Below are positions 19,597-28,054 of a stretch of DNA of 43,191 nucleotides, in pieces (the stretch's first letter is position 1; each line of letters opens with the position of its first letter). The position numbers and the translations under genes were made by a program. The notes beneath the pieces are model-generated. The model saw only the letters and a list, made by a program, of their open reading frames with translations, was not told the origin of the DNA and did not search any database. Source of the stretch: a virus; the IMG/VR virus record IMGVR_UViG_3300028859_000002; one strand, 5' to 3'.

Positions 19597-20619
19597 TTAG
19601 GTCACTTCTGCTTCTGCGTTTGTCAGAGCATCGACAATTCGGATTGGGATCCCACGAAACGTAGGGACGTTTTTACCGTCTACAGTTTCGTAAGTGATAC
19701 CACCACCGCCGCCTGATCCTGATGGACCACCAGCGAGGTACTCGAATCGTTGAATGTCGAGCATCTGGAACAGGGTACGGTTCATATAGAAGCATGGTTT
19801 ACCCATCTTCATGAACGGGATACGGTGAACCATTTTGATCATACCTTTGACCAAGTTCGCAGCAGAGGACTCTGTTACGAGGTTTGTGGTATCGATGTTA
19901 GCGAAACGGACGACATAACGCCAGTCACGAAGTGCGAGACCATTTTTCCATTGGAAGTGTTCGCGATACGCTTGCATCCTTGAACCAGCCACGCCTGCGG
20001 TGACTTCGATAGTCACTTCGCCATGATCGGTTTGTTTAATTCCGGCCATTGACCCTTTAGGGAAAATACCGAAACAAGTTTGCTCGCCCCAACACACAAG
20101 CCAAATGGAAGCGTTGTCCGAAGACGTTCCACCACCTTGGATGATGTTCTGACCATTAAGCGCCTCAAGAGACGAATAACGAACTGAGAAGCCATTGAAC
20201 TCTTGAGGAGTCGTGCTTACGTTTCCGTAGAACAACACACTCGCCATAGATTGGTTCATCGCTTCTAAGAACGCAACAGATTCAGAGTGACGGAATGCCG
20301 CCACGTCACCGTTAAGTTCAGCTAGGTCTTTATCCACTTCCGAATAAGCTTCCAACATGCCACAGTTCTCATCGACCTGAGCGGTTGTGCTTTTAGAAGG
20401 TGGAATACCCATGTTCAACAAACGCCAGTAAACGGTAGGCAAGCCTGTCCGAATGGTCGTTCTGTGACCTGTTTCAAGATTTCCTTCTTTGAACAACATG
20501 TCTAAAAGAATGTCATTCGCCTGGTTAAGAATCTCAACTACCTTAGCAACTTTTCCGTTCGGATCTTTCCGTTTTGCCCAGTCAGTGAGAGTAAGACAAT
20601 TTGCGCCTATAGCACCCAT
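19597..20619 (-). CDS. Major capsid protein (340 aa)
   Basis: Size and position (scaffold upstream, cement-like protein downstream). The C-terminal pattern FRGIPIRIVDALTNAEAEV is typical of HK97-fold capsid proteins of BPP-1-like podoviruses. Confidence 0.8.
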   Translation of the reverse strand: MGAIGANCLTLTDWAKRKDPNGKVAKVVEILNQANDILLDMLFKEGNLETGHRTTIRTGLPTVYWRLLNMGIPPSKSTTAQVDENCGMLEAYSEVDKDLAELNGDVAAFRHSESVAFLEAMNQSMASVLFYGNVSTTPQEFNGFSVRYSSLEALNGQNIIQGGGTSSDNASIWLVCWGEQTCFGIFPKGSMAGIKQTDHGEVTIEVTAGVAGSRMQAYREHFQWKNGLALRDWRYVVRFANIDTTNLVTESSAANLVKGMIKMVHRIPFMKMGKPCFYMNRTLFQMLDIQRFEYLAGGPSGSGGGGGITYETVDGKNVPTFRGIPIRIVDALTNAEAEVT

Positions 20620-20632
20620 TTTTTATTACCCC

Positions 20633-21382
20633 TTATTTTTTTGGTTGTTTATCATAGAGAACATCTAAAGGATTGACTTGACCTGCTCCTACGGGATTCC
20701 CGGAGTGAACAAATTTGTCGTCCTCAAACATTGCTCCAACTTTGGCAAACGCTCGAACGAACCTGGGATTATTCCCGAGTCCAGTTCTGTTTAACTCTTT
20801 GATCAATTCAGGATCTTCCATTTTGTTGACGCCGATTTGAGCAAGACGCACGGTCTTCTCGAAATTGGCACCACCCATTAATGGATCTGTTTTCACTTCA
20901 TTGATCCAAGTCTGCACTTGCCGCTCCATTGCTTGATTCACGCTGCTTTGTAACCTGGACACTGAGTCACTTTCACGAACTAACTCGCGCTGAGCTTCTT
21001 CTTGCGAGAGCTGGTTCGCCTTGGCGTAGTCAGCAACTCTTTGAATAGCTTCAGTAGTTAGGAGTGATTTTTCCGGTGCTTTTAGATCGTACTTTTCGGG
21101 TACAACCTTTTGCACTGGTGCTTCAGGTGTCACAGCCGCAACAACGGGAACTTCCGTAGGATTCGCTCCAGTCACTAGAGTTGCCGATTGCGCCGTAGTC
21201 GCGCCTGCTGGTGGCTGAGCATTCACTTGAGCCGTGCCCGGATCAATGAGAGATGCCCCTGCCGCAGGTTGAGCGGGTGGGGTAGCAACTGGGGTTCCAG
21301 TCGTCGGAGATGGTACTACAGAATTAGCAGGAGCACCTTGATTTGTATTTTGGGGTGTTCCTGTGTTTATTACATCAGACAT
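20633..21382 (-). CDS. Scaffolding / capsid assembly protein (249 aa)
   Basis: Pro/Ala/Thr-rich N-terminus, then PEKYDLKAPEKSLL...AKANQLSQEEAQRELV. Helical and charged. Located between the portal and capsid genes. Confidence 0.7.
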   Translation of the reverse strand: MSDVINTGTPQNTNQGAPANSVVPSPTTGTPVATPPAQPAAGASLIDPGTAQVNAQPPAGATTAQSATLVTGANPTEVPVVAAVTPEAPVQKVVPEKYDLKAPEKSLLTTEAIQRVADYAKANQLSQEEAQRELVRESDSVSRLQSSVNQAMERQVQTWINEVKTDPLMGGANFEKTVRLAQIGVNKMEDPELIKELNRTGLGNNPRFVRAFAKVGAMFEDDKFVHSGNPVGAGQVNPLDVLYDKQPKK

Positions 21383-21677
21383 TTTTTGCCTCTTCTTTCA
21401 GTTTAAAGAATGCTGAAGGATCTGCATCACTAATTTTTGCGATGATCATCCTACCAACATTTCCACGGCCAATATTGCTCGCCATTAAAACGGTATTTGT
21501 ATTCAATGGGTCTTCAAGTGGTGCGCAGTAAACAAGAACATTCCATATGAATCGTTTAAACTGCGGCAATTTAAGAAGCGCCCTTAAGTCTTCAAGTTCA
21601 TTACGCGCGTGTTTTTTCTCATCGCGTTCCATCTCTCTTACTTCGTCTTCATCCGCTGCATTTTTTACACTGTTCAT
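21375..21677 (-). CDS. Bbp19-like small head-module protein (100 aa)
   Basis: The pattern F.RFIWNVL..C.......NT......IGRGNVGRMII matches my memory of the Bbp19 domain found between portal and scaffold in BPP-1-like phages. Confidence 0.5.
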   Translation of the reverse strand: MNSVKNAADEDEVREMERDEKKHARNELEDLRALLKLPQFKRFIWNVLVYCAPLEDPLNTNTVLMASNIGRGNVGRMIIAKISDADPSAFFKLKEEAKNV

Positions 21678-21679
21678 AT

Positions 21680-23539
21680 TTACTGTGATGGGACCGGATT
21701 ACCGGCCTGACCTTGTTGTTGGAGTTGAGTTAATGCATTCGGTCCATCCGTAGGACTCTGCGCCAAATGCTTCGTTGCAAGTGACTGCTGAAGCTGGTTC
21801 TGAGTTTGCATCTGCTGCATTTGCATTTTCTGTTTCGTTGCTTGAATCTGAGCTGTGACTTTCGGATCACGCACAATTTTTGGCGCAATCGAAGTTTTGT
21901 CTGCGTAATCGTAAATCGCTTCGTTGATGTCGATCGAATCAACCACTTGAGGAAACACTTGAGCCACTCCTTCAACAAACTGGAAGAATCTCTCGGTACT
22001 AGCAAGTCCAAGAAGTTTTTGAGCCTCTGCCATGATCGAAGTGTATTCAATTTTTAAAGGCACTCCATGAAGAGCAATTGGAGGCGGTGGAATCTTCCCA
22101 TGTTTTAGCATGTAATGAAACGTGCCAACAATTAACGGATCAAGTACATCCTGATTCAACTGCTCAAGAACCGGACCAATCGCAAGCATCTGCTCTTGTT
22201 TCTTCTCGTTGATCTCAGTCGCGGTCGCAGGCTGGGTGCGCTCGTCGTTGATCATCATCATAAAAAGATCAACAAAGAACGCCTTTTCAATCCTACCCTG
22301 CGTCATCTCGATATCTTGCAATAACGCCGCAATATCGAATTTAACCTCGTGAACAGGCCTAAATCCTTGCTGACCTTCACGCACGTCTTGATAAGTAATA
22401 TCTCCTGGCAAGAGCGATGTCTTAGTGTTCCGAAGCGATGCAGGCCCAGTCATCGGCGGGTTAACCATTTTTTCAATGGCCTGCGCTTTACGTTTCTGCA
22501 TGATCTGAAGCGCTTTAATATCCCCTAACGCCGTTATTCCTGGACAGTCAGTCCCATATGCGTCTTCAGCCACAGTTTCCCAACGTGGAGCAAGAATCGG
22601 GAACAGATCATACCCAGAATAACGAAGAAAACGATTAGCGTCTGGTCCGTTATACATCTGCGAATCAACGGAGGTCGCACCTTGCTCGTAGTACGCTGAA
22701 ACAAATCTTTTTCCATCTGGACCAGGCTTTCCGATTTTGAAATGATCATTAGGTAAAATCATGTGAACAACGTAAATCTTTTGATTCCACTGATTTGTTT
22801 CGATTGCTGTTTTTACTTGAGTTGAAAAATTTTCCCAGTTGAAATTTTGCCAGTCCAGAGTCTTTGTGCCTGGAATCTTTTTACCGAACTTGTCCACCAG
22901 TTGAGACACGGTGAACTCCGTCTCGCGCATCCAAGTGTTTACGCGTCCCTTTTCGTCGGTCGCGATGCAATAACTACCTAATGGAAATGTATAAAATCTT
23001 ACTACCTCGTCCTCATCCTCTTCCATGAGCATCGCAGCCGTTGCAAACAACGCCAAATCTCCGTACACAATCGGAAACTGATTATATAAATTTGATTTAA
23101 GAAACACCGTAAGTATCGCTTCGGTCACGCGATACAACCAATCCTTCACGTCCGCATTTTCTTGGAGTGACGGATCAGGCGTATCAATCCGAAACCATGG
23201 ACGTGCTGGACTTGTAATGCCGCCCATCATGCCAGATTTCGTAGTCCGCAAACTCAAGGTAGGCGTCGAATCAATAATATGATGATTCCTTAAATAACCT
23301 TTGTTCGTATCCTGAACAAAAAACCGTCTGCGTCTCGGCTGAACGTTCCTCGCCAAGTCATCCCACGTCGGCCAAAACGTCGATCGTTCATTCTTAAGCT
23401 GCTGACGTAACATCTCCATCCGCTGACGTGGAGTTAGAGAGTTAATTAAGAACTGACCCTCAAGCGGTTTCTCTTTTTTAGGATTCTGTGCATTTCCTTC
23501 AATATCCGAATACGCGCTTGTTTCAATGTCTCTTGCCAT
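21680..23539 (-). CDS. Portal protein (619 aa)
   Basis: Size, position after terL, and a Gln-rich C-terminal tail (KQKMQMQQMQTQNQLQQ) like the T7 gp8-type head-tail connector. Confidence 0.8.
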   Translation of the reverse strand: MARDIETSAYSDIEGNAQNPKKEKPLEGQFLINSLTPRQRMEMLRQQLKNERSTFWPTWDDLARNVQPRRRRFFVQDTNKGYLRNHHIIDSTPTLSLRTTKSGMMGGITSPARPWFRIDTPDPSLQENADVKDWLYRVTEAILTVFLKSNLYNQFPIVYGDLALFATAAMLMEEDEDEVVRFYTFPLGSYCIATDEKGRVNTWMRETEFTVSQLVDKFGKKIPGTKTLDWQNFNWENFSTQVKTAIETNQWNQKIYVVHMILPNDHFKIGKPGPDGKRFVSAYYEQGATSVDSQMYNGPDANRFLRYSGYDLFPILAPRWETVAEDAYGTDCPGITALGDIKALQIMQKRKAQAIEKMVNPPMTGPASLRNTKTSLLPGDITYQDVREGQQGFRPVHEVKFDIAALLQDIEMTQGRIEKAFFVDLFMMMINDERTQPATATEINEKKQEQMLAIGPVLEQLNQDVLDPLIVGTFHYMLKHGKIPPPPIALHGVPLKIEYTSIMAEAQKLLGLASTERFFQFVEGVAQVFPQVVDSIDINEAIYDYADKTSIAPKIVRDPKVTAQIQATKQKMQMQQMQTQNQLQQSLATKHLAQSPTDGPNALTQLQQQGQAGNPVPSQ

Positions 23540-23872
23540 CTATTGACCCAACACCTGTTTTCCGCCAGTCGTCCCGGCGTTAGCAGAGTTTGTCGGCACT
23601 CCGAGCGGACTCGTTAGAATCGTTCCTGCCCATCCCTGCTTCCCAAGTCCCATCGATGCCAAGACTGACTCTTGATTCTTTTCTTGGTTGTTGGCATTAT
23701 TCTCGGCTTGCGTGTTGGTTTCGTTTGTCTGGGCAGTTTGGAGTTGCTGATTTTCAATATTCGTTTGATTATTCATTGCCTGATTAGCTTCATTGGATTG
23801 ATTTATTCCATTGAAAATCTGAGCAGTCAAACCAATTGCACCGATGCCAATACCTATTGCCGCAAAACTCAT
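23540..23872 (-). CDS. Membrane-anchored Asn/Gln-rich protein (110 aa)
   Basis: N-terminal TM MSFAAIGIGIGAIGLTAQIF, then an N/Q/E-rich low-complexity segment, ending GTILTSPLGV...GGKQVLGQ. ATGA coupling to the upstream gene. Confidence 0.6.
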   Translation of the reverse strand: MSFAAIGIGIGAIGLTAQIFNGINQSNEANQAMNNQTNIENQQLQTAQTNETNTQAENNANNQEKNQESVLASMGLGKQGWAGTILTSPLGVPTNSANAGTTGGKQVLGQ

Positions 23873-24384
23873 TTTTGCTCCAGTCTTGCAACTTCGTGTT
23901 CAAGCCATTCTAAATACTCGCGCTTAGATGGCGAAGTCAGAGCGTCCATCATTTTCTCTGGATCATCATCGCTTCGGCCTGCATCTGCTGCTCTAGTAGC
24001 ATTGTGTATGGTAACGAATAGTGTATCTTCATGTCCAAAGACGAGACGCTGACTCCCTGCCTTTGATTCAAGAATTGATCCTGCCTTAAGGCGAAACCAA
24101 CCGTCTTTAGAAATAACAGAGACATCGCCACGAGCAACCACAGCAATATGATCGAACTTGTGAACACGACCCAAACAAAGAGCGTTTCGAGCCAAGAAGT
24201 ATTCTCTTGCATATAAATTTCCTGAAAAGTGATGTTTTGCGGTATTTGGATATTTCGCATCTGGAAACCGATCGACGAGTTTATAGAGATTCGCTTCAAC
24301 CGTTTCGAGAGACAACCCGCGCTCAAGCGGAGTCATCTTATTAAATTCAGTCTGCATTCGTTCGAGAGGTGCCAGTTCACTCAT
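23869..24384 (-). CDS. Cupin-like beta-barrel protein (171 aa)
   Basis: HHFSGNLYAREYF......LGRVHKFDHIAVVARGDVSV....G......G.......G..R...GHEDT.F.TIH reads as a cupin fold. ATGA coupling on both sides. Confidence 0.55.
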   Translation of the reverse strand: MSELAPLERMQTEFNKMTPLERGLSLETVEANLYKLVDRFPDAKYPNTAKHHFSGNLYAREYFLARNALCLGRVHKFDHIAVVARGDVSVISKDGWFRLKAGSILESKAGSQRLVFGHEDTLFVTIHNATRAADAGRSDDDPEKMMDALTSPSKREYLEWLEHEVARLEQK

Positions 24385-24635
24385 ACCGTGATTCCCAACT
24401 GATCAATGATCTCATTCCTGGAATCGGTGACGTATGCTTCAACAAGTTCTAACGGCTTGATCGACAGAATCTCGCAAGCCTGGGTGACTCTGGAGATCGG
24501 CAAACGAACCCGACCAGTCTCGACATTGAAAATAAATTGAGGTGTAACCGGCGGGGTGAATCTCCTCCCGATTTCGCTCTTGGACAGGTACAACGCTTGT
24601 CTTTGACGTTCAAGTAATCGTCCGACCATTCGCAT
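24381..24635 (-). CDS. XRE-family helix-turn-helix regulator (84 aa)
   Basis: LSKSEIGRRFTPPVTPQFIFNVETGRVRLPISRVTQACEILSI is a typical HTH_3 pattern. There are palindromes in the 76-bp gap upstream. Confidence 0.7.
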   Translation of the reverse strand: MRMVGRLLERQRQALYLSKSEIGRRFTPPVTPQFIFNVETGRVRLPISRVTQACEILSIKPLELVEAYVTDSRNEIIDQLGITV

Positions 24636-24711
24636 TTGTAATCATGATTAAACCGATTTAAACGGTTAGCAATGAAATAATTACATGTTTAATTAACGCG
24701 CTGTATATGAA
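24636..24711 (-). promoter_or_regulatory. Operator/promoter-like gap upstream of the HTH gene
   Basis: Perfect 12-bp palindrome TAATCATGATTA (24639-24650), 3 nt from the ATG. Inverted repeat AACCG-N7-CGGTT (24651-24667). On the minus strand there is a -35-like TTGCTA (24672-24667) and an A/T-rich -10-like TAATCA. No SD is seen, so the transcript may be near-leaderless. Confidence 0.4.
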
Positions 24712-26181
24712 TCAGTCTTCTGAACTCGCAGTCTCGAATGGATCCCATTCCGTCTCAGCGTGATTTGACCGCTCGCCTAGGGTAATAATACCCGCCTGGG
24801 TGCGTGAAATTGCCTCTTCTTGCGCAAATGTAAGCGCTAACGAATCCGCCCGATCAGGTGACCTTCCCAGTTCAGCTTTGATCAATTCCTTTGGAACCAA
24901 AATAATCTTGCCATTCTTACTCGTGTATTTCGTGGCGCATAATTCTTCCATCAAACGCGAGTCGTCAGGTAACTGTGCCCCACGCCTGAACCAGTCCCGC
25001 ATCCTGAAATACATCTCAGCTCGCTTGTTGAAATACCTTGGATCGGTAGCCTTGGAGCTGAAGTTCACACCAATTGGCGAATAGCCACGTTGAACCATGG
25101 AATCGATCACCGATCCACCGAAACCACCAGTATCATCAACGAACTCTAATTCTGATCCCCATTTTTCTTTTGATGTAATCAAACGATCCGCAACCTCAGG
25201 TCCACGAGCACCTGACAGCTCCACATAGTTAAATGCTCGAAGTCCTTGCCTTGGAAACATCACCGTCATGTCATCACCCTCACGAGCCACGTCGTTTCCA
25301 ATTCGTTTCTGGGCACGCTCATAGGTGTACAGATCAAGCTTACGTTTCATTGCAACCTCAATCTCGTGAGCTGACAAGATGGCATTAATCGAAGTCTCAG
25401 GGAACTCCCCAAGCACGTTCACCATCACCCAAGGCGAATCGCGGCCATAGCGTTTGATTTGATCTCGTGCCCATTCGATGTTCTGCCTGCTTGATCGATT
25501 CGGATTGTCAGGATCTCCTGTAATCTTGATCGTGTGCCAGAGATCACGCTCACGGAAACATGCACGGTACAGCGGACCATCTCGTTTCGTCGGGTTTCCG
25601 GCTTGGATAATCTTTTGGAATCGACCTTCCTCAGTTCCGGTCAATCCTGCATCGGCGGCAGCGAATACTGAATCAGGTACATCGCCTGACTCGTCAACTA
25701 CGAATAGAAGGTATTTCGAATGGAGACCGGCCAAGGTGTTCGCCTGCTTGGTTTTGTCGCCTGACTTCGGCCACGTTCTTAAACTGAAGAACCAGGTTTC
25801 GGGGTGGTCAACGGACGTGATTCTAGTCTTCGTCCAATTGAATGAACGCTTCAAGTGTTCTGATCGACCTTGCCACTTTGAAATCTCAGGCCACAAGTTG
25901 TCTGAGATGTTGTCTTCAGTGATTGAGGTAGCGGCTCCCTTCGGATGCTCGCCACGTTCGCCCTGAGCTGCCAGGAAGTTTAAGATGCATACTGCAAGAC
26001 CTGCTGACTTTCCTACGCCTTTGCAGGCGGCAAGAGCGATACGCTTGTCTATGGGAGTTCCAGACGAGAACGCCTCAAATAGTTCGACCTGCCAGGGATC
26101 AGGTTGCATACCAAGTTCTTCAACCGCGAAGTACAAACAAGATTCGCGCCAACGCTTTATTTTTGCCTCACCTGGAGTCAT
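24712..26181 (-). CDS. terL: Terminase large subunit (489 aa)
   Basis: Walker A-like ACKGVGKSAG, Walker B-like LLFVVDESGD, and a C-terminal nuclease-like region. Its start overlaps the terS stop (TAATG). Confidence 0.9.
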   Translation of the reverse strand: MTPGEAKIKRWRESCLYFAVEELGMQPDPWQVELFEAFSSGTPIDKRIALAACKGVGKSAGLAVCILNFLAAQGERGEHPKGAATSITEDNISDNLWPEISKWQGRSEHLKRSFNWTKTRITSVDHPETWFFSLRTWPKSGDKTKQANTLAGLHSKYLLFVVDESGDVPDSVFAAADAGLTGTEEGRFQKIIQAGNPTKRDGPLYRACFRERDLWHTIKITGDPDNPNRSSRQNIEWARDQIKRYGRDSPWVMVNVLGEFPETSINAILSAHEIEVAMKRKLDLYTYERAQKRIGNDVAREGDDMTVMFPRQGLRAFNYVELSGARGPEVADRLITSKEKWGSELEFVDDTGGFGGSVIDSMVQRGYSPIGVNFSSKATDPRYFNKRAEMYFRMRDWFRRGAQLPDDSRLMEELCATKYTSKNGKIILVPKELIKAELGRSPDRADSLALTFAQEEAISRTQAGIITLGERSNHAETEWDPFETASSED

Positions 26182-26717
26182 TATTCATTCTTATCGATCG
26201 AACGCGACGCGGTCAATAGCTCTTCGTAAGTCATGCCAACCTTGATCGTTTTGTCGTCGCTCCACATTTTGAGTTGCTTGCCGTACATGTCGATTGCTTT
26301 GAGTTTGTCATGGAACTCTATGGTTTTCAGGTAGCCGGTCCAAGTTCGATCCTCACCTGCACCCTCGAAGGTTTCGACCACAACCATTTTCTTTAGGTTT
26401 GATTTAACATCATCAGGCCAACTATCGGTAGGTAGTAAAGCACCATCCTTGTCAATCACCTGTGTCATGGCCACACACGAGATCGATCTCAGTTCGGTCA
26501 ATAGCCGTTCGACAACCCACTCCTTGCGATCCGCAAGTGCTTCGTCGTATTGGCGTGAGCGAATTGGATCACCCCTTAAAAACCGAATCAGGACGCGATA
26601 GGGGACTTCCCATAGTTTGGCTAGCTCAGTCACGGAGCCGCCAGTCGTGACATGATCTGTTAGCTTCATCATGCAGTCTTCATCTTGCAGTGCGGGGTAA
26701 ACATGTTTGAATTCCAT
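26181..26717 (-). CDS. terS: Terminase small subunit (178 aa from ATG 26717; the ORF is open to 26798)
   Basis: HTH-like GGSVTELAKLWEVPYRVLIRFL and a C-terminal KLKAIDMYGKQLKMW motif typical of Terminase_2-type small subunits. GGAG RBS before 26717. Confidence 0.7.
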   Translation of the reverse strand: MEFKHVYPALQDEDCMMKLTDHVTTGGSVTELAKLWEVPYRVLIRFLRGDPIRSRQYDEALADRKEWVVERLLTELRSISCVAMTQVIDKDGALLPTDSWPDDVKSNLKKMVVVETFEGAGEDRTWTGYLKTIEFHDKLKAIDMYGKQLKMWSDDKTIKVGMTYEELLTASRSIDKNE

Positions 26718-27201
26718 GACTCGTATCTCCATCCCAGGCAGGGTAAACTCCCTTGAATTCCATACCCACAGTATTGGTTGAATCGATCGGGATTGCAAAC
26801 TTGATTCTTTCTTGGTGTTTATCGGTGCTCTGCGTCTGTAAATTGTCTAAACAATTTCTGAAGAATGTTTGTTACAAAGTTACAAAAATTACGCCACTTC
26901 TCATGGACTCTCTGGAAATGGGAAATAGGGGGGTATATATAGTTAAACTAGGGGGGGGTAATATATCATAGTATTACTAATTATTTATATATATATTTTG
27001 TAACACAGTAACATCATGTTAAATACTTTGAAACCATTGACGAAAAAAATTACAGAATATTACAGAAAATCGATTTGTTACATTACTTAAATTATCAGCT
27101 AACATGTAATTTTTACAAAAGTTTTTATTACACTATAACGCGACAATTTTCGTGCTATTTAAAAATGCTTGCGTCACAATTTCCAGTTACAATAACACGC
27201 C

Positions 27202-27215
27202 GTTACAATTGTAAC
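27202..27215. promoter_or_regulatory. Perfect 14-bp palindrome GTTACAATTGTAAC (candidate operator)
   Basis: The sequence is its own reverse complement. It lies 27 bp upstream of the early -35 box and shares the GTTACA half-site with the surrounding iterons. Confidence 0.55.
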
Positions 27216-27241
27216 ATTTTCAGAATTGCGTTATTTCATTC

Positions 27242-27270
27242 TTGACACCGTTATCGTGGCGTGTTAAACT
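27242..27270 (+). promoter_or_regulatory. Sigma70-like early promoter
   Basis: TTGACA (27242-27247), a 17-nt spacer, TAAACT (27265-27270) with an upstream TG (extended -10). First early gene starts at 27334. Confidence 0.55.
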
Positions 27271-27333
27271 CACCATATCAGGAACTAAATCCTGAAGTAA
27301 CCGCCAACCGAAATTGGCAGAGAGAAGTATAAA

Positions 27334-27483
27334 ATGAACAAATTAACCGCCTGTTTAAGTATTGTAATATGGGCCGCGTCACTGATGATCGGCCTGCGCA
27401 CGATAGCCCAGGTGTCTGCGATGAACGCACCTGTGACTCACCCTTCAGTAGTGCTCATGGCATCAGTTGGCGGTGCAGAATGA
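27334..27483 (+). CDS. Membrane micropeptide (49 aa)
   Basis: GAGAGAAG RBS. Product MNKLTACLSIVIWAASLMIGL... is hydrophobic. Its stop overlaps the next ATG (ATGA). Below the 60-aa cut-off of the ORF track. Confidence 0.45.
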   Translation: MNKLTACLSIVIWAASLMIGLRTIAQVSAMNAPVTHPSVVLMASVGGAE

Positions 27484-27818
27484 TCACCGGCAGCAGCATA
27501 AGAAAAGCACTATCTTTAATCGCAAGCTCGACACTAACCGTCACGCAGAAACACGAGCTTGAGATCCAGGTAGATTTAATCGCTGACCGCATTGCCGTTC
27601 AGGAATGCACACAAGACGACGAATTCAACTTCTCAGAGATTGAGGGGTATCTCATGATATCACAGCCGATCGACCAAACTGGAGCGAATGGCGGATGGAA
27701 AAAAACACCCAGCGAAACTGCATGCTCTGAATGCGGCGCGGTCTTGCGTCCGTATTATCTGAAAAACGGAGTGTACCTAATCGTGACTGCTGTGGTCGCT
27801 CAGGGGAGTTTATTCTAA
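27480..27818 (+). CDS. Hypothetical early protein (112 aa from ATG 27480), CxxC near the C-terminus
   Basis: In-frame ATG coupled to the upstream stop. Contains ACSECG. See the frameshift finding. Confidence 0.5.
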   Translation: MITGSSIRKALSLIASSTLTVTQKHELEIQVDLIADRIAVQECTQDDEFNFSEIEGYLMISQPIDQTGANGGWKKTPSETACSECGAVLRPYYLKNGVYLIVTAVVAQGSLF

Positions 27819-28054
27819 TGGCACGCGAACATGGAACAGAAGACCTGGTTTTAGATATCTTGGAAATAGGAAATGAAAAATACACCATTGAAGAACTAAA
27901 CGGGAATCACTTTATCGTGACATTTTGGGATAAAGAAATCTGCCTCGAATTCTATCGTGATGTGAAAGGATTTGAAACGTATAGCTGCGCACGCGCTTAC
28001 ATGTACAGGAAAGCCTTACTCAGCAATTGCCAAATGGAGGTAATCGAGTCATGA
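27818..28054 (+). CDS. Hypothetical early protein (78 aa)
   Basis: TAATG coupling at 27816-27820. Product MAREHGTEDLVLDILEIGNEKY... Confidence 0.5.
   Translation: MAREHGTEDLVLDILEIGNEKYTIEELNGNHFIVTFWDKEICLEFYRDVKGFETYSCARAYMYRKALLSNCQMEVIES

Larger units (their letters stand above)
26799..27333. promoter_or_regulatory. AT-rich divergent control region between the late (minus) and early (plus) blocks, with a TTACA iteron/operator array
   Basis: At least 12 copies of (G/A/T)TTACA or its complement. Examples: 26871, 26879, 26999, 27050, 27060, 27077, 27112, 27127, 27186 and 27202. Also G6 (26928-26933) and G8 (26951-26958) tracts. No credible ORF. Confidence 0.6.

Noticed and set aside
24651-24662. 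The 12-mer AACCGATTTAAA is shared between the HTH-gene operator region and the intergenic region at 41103-41114.
   Set aside because: Chance 12-mer sharing within a 43-kb genome is expected many times over. The inverted-repeat geometry also differs at the two sites (AACCG-N7-CGGTT vs CCGATT-N15-AATCGG). It may still be worth a FIMO scan.
26753-26971. A 72-aa plus-strand ORF in the control region.
   Set aside because: It has no RBS, it spans the G6 and G8 tracts and AT-rich iterons, and it has implausible composition. It also overlaps the terS upstream region.
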